64,000 nucleotides of DNA from Octopus vulgaris. Its lineage: Eukaryota. Location: the NCBI GenBank assembly GCA_951406725.2, contig OX597816.1, forward strand, positions 161,076,001 through 161,140,000. The letters are read 5' to 3'. Positions 54,877 to 64,000 of this stretch are shown here, one piece after another; the stretch's first letter is position 1, and each line of letters starts with the position of its first letter. A program made the translations under genes and the position numbers. Below the pieces are notes generated by a model that was not told the origin of the DNA, searched no databases, and saw only the letters and a program-made list of their open reading frames with translations.

Positions 54877-54885
54877 ATGTGTGTA
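54190..54885. repeat. Compound (GTAT)n/(GT)n array punctuated by GTGGATATATAAGT
   Basis: The motif recurs six times. Confidence 0.95.
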
Positions 54886-55186
54886 AGCATGCAGACACGT
54901 ACATAATTATTTGAACATACGTAAAAATAGTAAATTAAAAGTGAAAGAAGTTGTTATACCACGTAAGCATGTGCCAGTGCTACTGACAAGAGTCTCCTTT
55001 TACTAATTTCCTCAAATCACTACAGATTTAAAGGCGGATGCGATGTAAGGGTGTTCATTACAGTCTAACAACCATCACTACCACACCTACTTTACCCCGG
55101 ACGTCGGGCATACAGTAGACCATGTTTCAGTACGGTGTAGTCGCTTGGTGTGCTAGAAATAACAGCTAAATCCCATCTTAAATTTA

Positions 55187-55483
55187 CACCGGTACTCGTT
55201 AGAAGGGACACATTGGTTAATGTGGTTTTGAGAAAGGAGAACATTGTAGTTAAGAAAAAGGGTAGGGGTGGTCATGACTGGAATCACCGGTACTCGTTAG
55301 AAAGGGCACATTGGTTAACGTGGTTTTGAGAAAGGAGAACATTGTAGTTAAGAAAAAGGGTAGGGGTGGTCATGACTGGAATCACCGGTACTCGTTAGAA
55401 AGGACACATTGGTTAACGTGGTTTTGAGGAAGGAGAGCATTGTAGTTAAGAAAAAGGGTAGGGGTGGTCATGACTGGAATCAC
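55187..55483 (+). repeat. Three tandem 98-bp units
   Basis: CACCGGTACTCGTTAGAA..GGGTAGGGGTGGTCATGACTGGAAT three times. Confidence 0.95.
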
Positions 55484-55563
55484 TGCTGTCTTAACTATAT
55501 TATCGACTCTCTATCTCCCTCAGCGGATAAAACAATGCACTGGGACTTATATATTGTATTTAT

Positions 55564-55681
55564 GGCAATCTTTCGGTATTAGTAGACGACGTCATTCACT
55601 CACTTTCACCTTAGCCTCTTTATATCATGAGGGAACGTTGTATGGGTGAATGACGTCGCCTACGAATACCGAAAGATTGCC
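55564..55681. mobile_element. Small MITE
   Basis: ~38-bp TIR GGCAATCTTTCGGTATT.GTAG.CGACGTCATTCAC.CA. Confidence 0.8.
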
Positions 55682-56391
55682 ACTATGTTGTGGGCCCATA
55701 ACTTTAATCATAGGTCTGCTCCATCAGGCCCAGGAACTAAACAACAAGAGCTATAAACACTTGTAGAGAAATAAGGCTGGCGAGAACAATTTATAATTGC
55801 ACGAGCTAATTCGTTAATTTGTTTTTTGTTTGGCAGGGTAACGTTTTCAGATGTAAACATTTACTCGTTAATTTGTCATTCGATTCCCACCGAATTATTA
55901 CGATAAACCAAAAATATGTAGCGTGACACACTTTTGTCCCCGAGTGGCCATGAAATAGAATTCGTTTAAAATTATGTTTTGTTTATAATCTCAACCCCCG
56001 GAGAAAAAAGATTGGTTACATTCTATAGAAATATGAAATGAAAAGAAAAAAAAAAGCGGTTAAGAGGCTACTAGTGGCATGAGTCAATGAAATAGTTGTC
56101 ATTCTCTGCTAATAGATATTTTATAAGCACAGGCGCGGCCACACGATCGACCTAAATAACATGGGTGGAAATACACGCCTCTGTCTCCCTCTTCCAACGT
56201 CAGATTATTTCGTCAGAGGTGATTCTGGTCGCTTAGCTATTTATGTTCAAGATCTTTGATAAAAGGTGTTCTTAAAAATCATGGTATTTTTTCTCCCCTT
56301 CGGGCGACATAATCTCAATACAGCGTATTTGTATAAGTAACTCTCTCACCTGTTCCTTCGTCTTACCTCTTTATTATTATTTTTTTTTAGG

Positions 56392-56631
56392 GGCGAAGGT
56401 AAAGAATACGCACACTCTGTGTTAAGGGTTAGGGTAGAGGAATAGGGTAGAGGGTTAGTGTAAAGAATATGTACACCACCCGTTTTATGCGTAACTAAGC
56501 ATAACCTTAACTCTAAACCCTAACCCTAAATACCGGGTGTACGTATTCTTTACTTTGGCCAGGTTTAGGGTAAGGGTTTAGGGTTAGGGTTACGCAGAAA
56601 ACGGGTGGTGTGCGTATTCTTTTACCTCCGC
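56392..56631. mobile_element. Inverted-repeat element with (TTAGGG)-like tracts
   Basis: Terminal GGCG.AGGTAAAGAATACGCACAC inverted repeats, two internal copies of the motif, T-rich flanks. Confidence 0.75.
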
Positions 56632-57036
56632 CTTTTTTGTGTTGCTTTTCCCTTTTCTTTTGTATTTTCAGGATCTAGGAGGGATGGGATATCACCTATG
56701 GTCTTTTCCCACAGGTCTTCTGAGACAGGTGAGACTGAAATCGATAACGTTCTGCTTCAGTTTATGCAAGTCAACGATTACTTGGAAAACACAAGCAGGG
56801 AGAGGTTTCCAAGGGATCAACCTTTTATGGGGTGGGCTGGTGGGTGAAGGATTGGGTATAGTGGTTAGTGCAAAACCTGAAGGGGTGGACGTAATACAGG
56901 TGATGGGAGTCGCAGGGTAATGAGTCAGGAATGTTTGGGTGGCGGTAGCGTGAGAGTAACTAATTCTAAAGAGTAGTGGCTAATGATGGAGACAGAGAAG
57001 AATGCAGTTTTGTATATTTTGGGTAATTTAATGTTG

Positions 57037-57092
<56 letters not shown>

Positions 57093-57361
57093 CACACATA
57101 TTTATACTCATGCACACACACACACATACACGTTTTTATGTTCAGTTATAATAAAAGCAATTTTACATTAATCTGATGGATTGCTCTATACTTTTGCACA
57201 GATTAATTCAATAAAAATTTCTCTAAAACACCTTTCCCTAACAACCCATCCTCACTTCACTCAAGAAAGATTTTAACTCAACAGTGACTATATAAAGCCA
57301 AGATTAACTTCAATGCTGGTACCTCGAAGTCATTATCAATAACATTCTTGTTTAAGAATAG

Positions 57362-57407
<46 letters not shown>

Positions 57408-57706
57408 TGTATGTGTAGGCGCAATGGCCCAGTGGTTAGGGCAGCAGACTCGCGGTCGTAGGATCGCAGTTTCGATTCCTAGAATGGGCGTTGTGAGTGT
57501 TTATTGAGCGAAAACACCTAACGATCCACGAAGCTACGGCAGGGGGTAGTGGCGATCCCTGCTGTACTCTTTTGCCACAACTTTCTCTCACTCTTTCTTC
57601 TGTTGGCCTGCTCGCTTAGCCAGCGGGGTGGCGTCATTTGAAGGCTAAAACAATGCGAAGCGCATTGTGACCAGTGATGTGTAGCAACATCTGATATATA
57701 ACGGTG

Positions 57707-57779
<73 letters not shown>

Positions 57780-57784
57780 TATAG

Positions 57785-57817
<33 letters not shown>

Positions 57818-58537
57818 TGCATACATGCATACACACACACATATAATGGACACAGAAGTATGGTGCAGTCTTCTGCCTGGCAAACTGGCCAACCCATCCT
57901 ATCATGAAAGGTGGATGCTACATGATACCGATGAAGTTGATGATGATGATATTGTAGATACGGTTAAAATCTAAGCTCTATCCTCTTGAAGCACATCTGC
58001 TTATTCTAGTATTCCAGATAAGTATGTAGGTGTCATATTTGTGTGAAACATGCATAAGAGTTGAAAAATACTGGGAATAATTTTTACAATGTAATTATAT
58101 ATCAAAACAGGAGAGTGGGAAAGCTTTTGGTGTTTTTATTCACCATTTTAAGTTTCATTTTATATATATACATCAACATCAAAATAAAAAATCAAATGGA
58201 AATTGTAGTTGTGATACCTGTGCCGGTGGCACATAAAAAGCACCATCCAAATGTGGCTGATGCCAGTGCCGCCTTGACTGGCTTCTGTGCCAGTGGCACG
58301 TAAGAAGCACCAAACTGATTGTGGCTGTTGCCAGACTCCTCTGGCCTTTGTGCTGGTGGCACATAAAAAGCACCCACTACACTCTCGGAATGGTTGGCGT
58401 TAGAAAGAGCATCCAGCTGTAGAAGCACTGCCAGATCAGACTGGAGCCTGGTGCAGCCTCCTGGCTTCCCAGACCCCAGCCGAACCATCCAACCTATGTT
58501 AGCGTGGAAAGCGGATGTTAAACGATGATGATGATGA

Positions 58538-58570
<33 letters not shown>

Positions 58571-60789
58571 TGCTGCTTGAAAGCACCCAGTAAAGTAGCT
58601 GGTGTTCAGAAGGGCATCCAGCTGTAAAAATCCTACCAAAACAGTCACAGAAGTCTGGTGCAGGTTTCTGCCTGGCCAGCTTTGGAAGGTGGATGTTAAA
58701 TGATGATGATGACGATGATGATCTTCATCATCATCTTTTAATCTCTGTTGTCTATAGTGGCAAGGGTTGGATAGTCTAACCAGGGCTGGTAAGCTGAGCG
58801 GCTGCACCAGACTGCAGTCTGATTTGGCGTAAAAACCATTTGAACACCTTGTATTTTTCAGTAATAAATGGTTCACAGTGTGTTTATACAAATCCACCTT
58901 TATTTCTTTTTCTTTGTCATACTTGACCTTTTCAATGATTTATTTATCTCCGCATCACTGGTTTTCAATAAACTACAAATATGATTATACTTGAACTGGC
59001 ATAAAACAAAATCTTTAGAACTTATAAAAATGTTAAGATGAAAAGGATCATTGTAAATGTTTACAAAAAGTTTTGATTCCTTACATTGATACTTACTTTG
59101 TTATTTTTGTAATTAGCATGTCTCATTAATTTAATCAACTCCAAACTATTACTAGTAGAGGTTTTATAGCTACAGTCATGGTTATTTAGTTAAGAAGTTC
59201 AGTTCCTAATCATGTGATTTCAGGTTCAGTTTCACTGCATAGTAGCTTGAGCAAGTATCTTCTACTTTAGACCCTGAGATGAACAAAGACTTGTGAATGG
59301 ATTTGGTAAATGGAAACTGAAAGAAACCTGTTATACACGCACACACACATACGTATGTGTGTGTGTGTGTATGTATAAAAATGGGGAGGCATGTGGCGTA
59401 GTGGTTAGGGTGTTGCACTCACGATCATAAAATTGTGGCTTCAGTTCTTGGCCCAGTCAGTATGTTGAGTTCTTGAGCAAAACACTTTAATCTATGTTGC
59501 TCCAGTCCACTCACTTGTCAAAAGTGAGTAGCCCTTTGATGGATCAATGTCCTGTCCAATGGGGAAATATATATGCCATGGAATCTAGGAAGCTGGCATT
59601 ATGACCCTATGGCTCAGGAAGGACCTTTGATCTTTTTCTGTATTTTTCTTTTTTTGATGTATAAAAGTTGAGGAAAAGCAGATCAGAAAAAAAGTTGATT
59701 GTAGGTCCAAGCTAATTTATATATATTGTCTTAGAATTAAGAAATTAATATATTGTCTTAGAAAGGCAGTGAACTGGCAGAATTGTTAGCATGCTAGGAA
59801 AAATGTTTAGCAGCATTTTGTTGTTTTTGTTCTGAATTCAGATTCTGCTAATGCTGACTTTGCCTATCATCCTTTTGGGGTTGATTAAAAAAGTACCAGT
59901 TGAACACTAAAGTTGGTGTATTTGGCTTCTCCACTCCCTTAAAAATTGCTGGCCTTTTGTCAAAATTTGAAACTAATAACTTGTGTTAGAGTTGTGGATT
60001 GACAGAAAACCTAGAGCATTGAGGTAAAAATGTCTTGCAGTATTTGTCCTGGGGCTTTCTTTTCTGAGTTCATATCCTATTGATGTCAGCTTTGCCTTTC
60101 AGCTTTTGGGGACTTGATACAATAAACTAGCAATCATACTGGGGTTGATGGTATTGGCTTACCTCCTTCTCTCAAAATTGCTAGCCTATGCCTAAATCAA
60201 AAACCATTAATATGTTTGGGTAAAAAGAATAGATTAATTCTGTTGGTTTTGAAATAGTTTATATTAAAACAAAAATGCAATATCTCTGTACTTTAACAGC
60301 TGGCTGACACATGTTTATTTCTTTTATTTCTGAACCACTGTACCCCAACCTCTACTATGCAGTGAATCATTCTCTGGGGAACTGTGAATCAACATAAGAT
60401 TGAATGATTCAAAGAAGTCCCTTAGTGAAACCTGCTATATATCTTATTAAAGCATTGTTCAATTGTTGACAATGTTATCCAAATAGAAATCATAAATATC
60501 TCTTAAAAACATTCTTTGACAAAAGTTATCCACCCTAAAGGAAACATTTAATGCAAAACCACATTCACAAAATCTCCAAAGACATTTAAGAAAATATGAA
60601 AGAATGATATTAGAGTAACATTGAAATACTCTTTTAGTTTCTCAGTAAACTACATGAAATGAATCAACAACCATCATTTTTAAGGAATAAGAACTGAATT
60701 TTTATAATGATGTATCCATTCTTAATACATTCTGAGAGATTCAAATGGGAATCTGTTGTTTTATGTTATCAGAGAACTTCTCTTCCTTT

Positions 60790-61315
60790 TACATGAAATG
60801 CATTCATAACACAAGTGATTCACTAGTGTAAGGAGATACTGCTGTGTTTCGACCACCTTATATGTCTCCTCAGTCAAAACTCCCTCACTGGACTAAGGAA
60901 TCCAACAAGAACATGCATGAGCTCTTGTTAATAGGAATCAGTAAACAAATTATTCTGCTGATGCATGCTGATGTCTGCTAATTAGATAACAATTCATAGG
61001 GTACATGCAAAACCGTGAGAATCCAAACAGTAACATCTTTTCATTTTTAATTCATTCTTGCAGATTTGAATGTGAACATCTAATTGCTGTTGTTTTACAC
61101 CATCAAAGAACGTCTCCTCTCTTTAAACAACTGTGTTCATAACACACACACAATTCACTGCTGTAAGGGGTCTTTGAAACACTAGTGTCTCAACCCCATT
61201 GTATGTCTCCTCTGACAAAGCTACCCTGCTGGGTTGATGAATCCAATAAGAGCACAAGCTGTTGCTTACAAGAACCAGTAAACAAATTATTTGCTGATGT
61301 GTGCTGATAGACTTT
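60790..61315. repeat. Old diverged tandem duplication (~330-bp period)
   Basis: TTCATAACAC..ATTCACT..TGTAAGG..TATGTCTCCTC..GAATCCAA..CAGTAAACAAATTATT..GCTGATG occurs twice. Confidence 0.75.
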
Positions 61316-61736
61316 AAAGGACTTTGTTAAGATGCCAACTATCTTCTCATAAAAAATTTCTGGAATGTTTTTTTTTAAGGGATAAACATAATGGGATAAA
61401 CCTAGTGTTTTCCCACCTTGCAAACTCTCACTTTAAAACAAATACCATTTGTAATTTGATCCTTGTGTGATGCTAATAATGTGGGTGTTGATGTTGTAAA
61501 TAGTTTTCTTGTAGGAAACATAAACCAAACAAAATCTTCCTGAGTAATATCTGTTTATGCAAAATACAATGTAAATCGAAAGAAATTAAATGAATCTAAA
61601 TATTATAAACCACACTGTGAGTAAAAGAAGAATGTAAGTGCATTCTTACAATGCTATTGTTGTGTAGAAAAAATAAAATGGGTGGGTGTTTCCTGATGGA
61701 CTGTTTCATGACTTATTGACTGCTCCACAGAGATGT

Positions 61737-62240
61737 ACTGTATTTTCTGATATACAAGTCAAATTTTTCAGACAAAAATTTACAGCTGAAAATGTTAGGT
61801 TGACTTATACACCAGGATAACTTTGAAAGAGCAATTATTCTGTTTGAAATGCAGCAGGATTTGGGAAAATAGTGACTTTGTTTGAATGTTTACACTTCAG
61901 GTCCTCTATGATAGCATACAACAAAAATTTTAGTTTCTTGTTAATTCTCTTTTTTCCTACTTTGTGTTCATATTGATGTGTAATTATAATTGTGAATAAT
62001 TGAAAATCTTAAAAATCAAATTTGAAATAATTGAATATCATTTCAAATGGAAACTTTTTTTATTTTGACTTTTCTCATCCTGTTGTGAAATCTTTCATGC
62101 CCCTCTGTTGATCCAAGCCATCCCAGCTGCAATGATATCCCAATTTCTTAATTAAAACTTGCGACTTAAACAGTGATTTTCTGACTAAAACAATCTACCT
62201 CAACTTGTAAACTATGTCAATAACCTGGAAAATATGGTAC
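61737..62240. mobile_element. Old pogo/Tc2-type non-autonomous element
   Basis: Ends TACTGTATTTTC / GAAAATATGGTA with internal TTGACTTATAC motif. Confidence 0.5.
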
Positions 62241-63697
62241 TCATTTTCCTTCTACAGTCAATATCATAGATCAGTTATGTATAAAGCAGTCATGAATTAA
62301 GCTAGCACATTAGTGGATAGCTTAATTTGCATATTTGTGCTTTTGACAGTTCATCATTAATTAAATGTAATTTATGTTCTAATTCTTATTTAATACATAG
62401 CAAGGTTTTATAATATTTAAATTTACTTCAGTTTTTCTGATTTATGCTGTTTTGTGCATAAATTGATATTGTTTAATTAACAATATTGTAGTGAAACAAG
62501 AGAGCTGAAGTATTTTATGGCTCTGAAGTGGAATCCTACTGTTAGGGTTACAACTTTGGCTGTATCTTATGTGTGAAGAAATCAATATGGTTTGTGAAGT
62601 CTAGCATTTGTAGCAATTTTAAGGCTTTCAGTTGTGTGCTGCTCATGTGGAGAAAGGGTGCAATATTGGAGAATATTCTTGAGGTTTCTGATCATGGAAA
62701 CAGTCAGTCTAGCATGAGATGTCTAATTGCATGGGAATGATATTTGTGTTTAGAACATCCTGCTTCTCTTTGTAGTTGGCCATTGATTCTGTACCCTTAC
62801 CCTTATGCCCAATGTTTTCATTTGAAAACTCCTTTTAAATCACCATAATACAAAAAAAAAATTAAATGAAAAATCATGATATAACAAAAAGGATTTTCAG
62901 TGATAAATTGACTATTTTATAGCTCATTCAAAAGTACCTTGGATCGTAGGATGACCTGCTGTGCTTACCTTGGATCGTAGGGTAACCTGTTGTGCTTGAG
63001 GAGACCTATTGAGTCAAGTACATCAACATCAAAATAAAAATCAAATGGAAATTGTAGTTGTGATACTCATGCTGGTGGCATGTAAAAAGCACCAACCAAT
63101 CATGGCCATTGCCAGCCTCCTCTAGCCCCTGTGCCAGTGGCGCATAAAAAGCACACACTACACTCACGGAGTGGTTGGCATTAGGAAGGACATCCAGCTG
63201 TAGAAACACTGTCAGATCAGACTGGAGCCTGGTGCAGCCTCCTGGTTGAACTGTCCAACCCATGCTAGCATGGAAAACGGATGTTAAACAATTTTTTTTT
63301 TTTTTGATGATGATCATGAATAAAAATATTTTACAATTAGGACATGCATGGTTAGGGTGTTACACTCACGATCGCCAGATCATGGGTTTGATTCTTGGGC
63401 CATATGGCATGTGTTTTTGAAGGCACTTCATTTCATGGTACTCTAGTGCTGTGTTGGGGCAGGCATGTTAAAGAATAGACCCAACATTTCCTCTGTGTGT
63501 CATAAAAGGTGACTCTAAGAGGTTGAGGTAGGATTTACAGTCTGTTCATGTGAAGTCTTCACAAGCAACAACTCACCAAACAGACTCATGGGTTGTGGAG
63601 TTGTTGCCTGAGTGGTGCAAAGGTGTTATCTGCCAGGAGTAGGGAGTCACCAAATGATGGTAGATGTAGTGATGCACTGTTACAGTGCAAGCCCGTA

Positions 63698-63739
<42 letters not shown>

Positions 63740-64000
63740 ACAGTTTACAAATGTCTGAAACACTTATTACAGTAATAAAGACATATCTTGGTTCATAAAG
63801 ATAACTTTAGACTGTTGACTAACTGGCTCTATGTCGGTTACTAGGATGAGTGTTCTAGTTGTTCCAATCAATGGCACAGCCTGCTTATGAAATTAACATG
63901 GAAGTGGCTGAGCACTCCACAGTACTTCTTATGGTGATTCAGCATGACACAGAACATGACAAGGCTGGCCCTTTGAAATACAAGTACTACACATTTTTGT

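Noticed and set aside
55187-55483. CRISPR-like periodicity (also GTGGATATATAAGT at 54400-54845)
   Set aside because: Head-to-tail repeats or microsatellite spacers, no unique spacers, no cas genes, eukaryotic context.

Overview
Repeat-saturated, AT-rich eukaryotic DNA. The SINE families and very high microsatellite load suggest an octopus (coleoid cephalopod) genome; this is an inference from recognition, not a search. I found no credible host protein-coding exon, rRNA, intact tRNA or CRISPR array, and most listed ORFs are microsatellite translations. The window is a mosaic of four or five SINE families, decayed LINEs (RTE, Tx1/L1-like, an R4/Dong-type restriction-like-endonuclease element), DNA-transposon remnants (mariner, Tc1, pogo/Tigger, hAT MITEs, Helitron) and Penelope-like elements (PLEs). 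The main unannotated signal is a dispersed set of at least 9 type I hammerhead ribozyme (HHR) folds in short, microsatellite-anchored PLE-type terminal repeats. One sits in a ~505-nt circularly permuted, inverted-duplicated non-coding unit (24911-25626) with an intact core, resembling a retrozyme. Other points of interest: a PLE GIY-YIG nuclease with a ~140-codon repetitive insert, an RLE retroelement that appears to target (ATGT)n, and a window-scale CpG-decay pattern suggesting methylated flanks around an unmethylated ~27-57 kb core. Element boundaries were read by eye and are approximate unless terminal repeats or target-site duplications (TSDs) are quoted.
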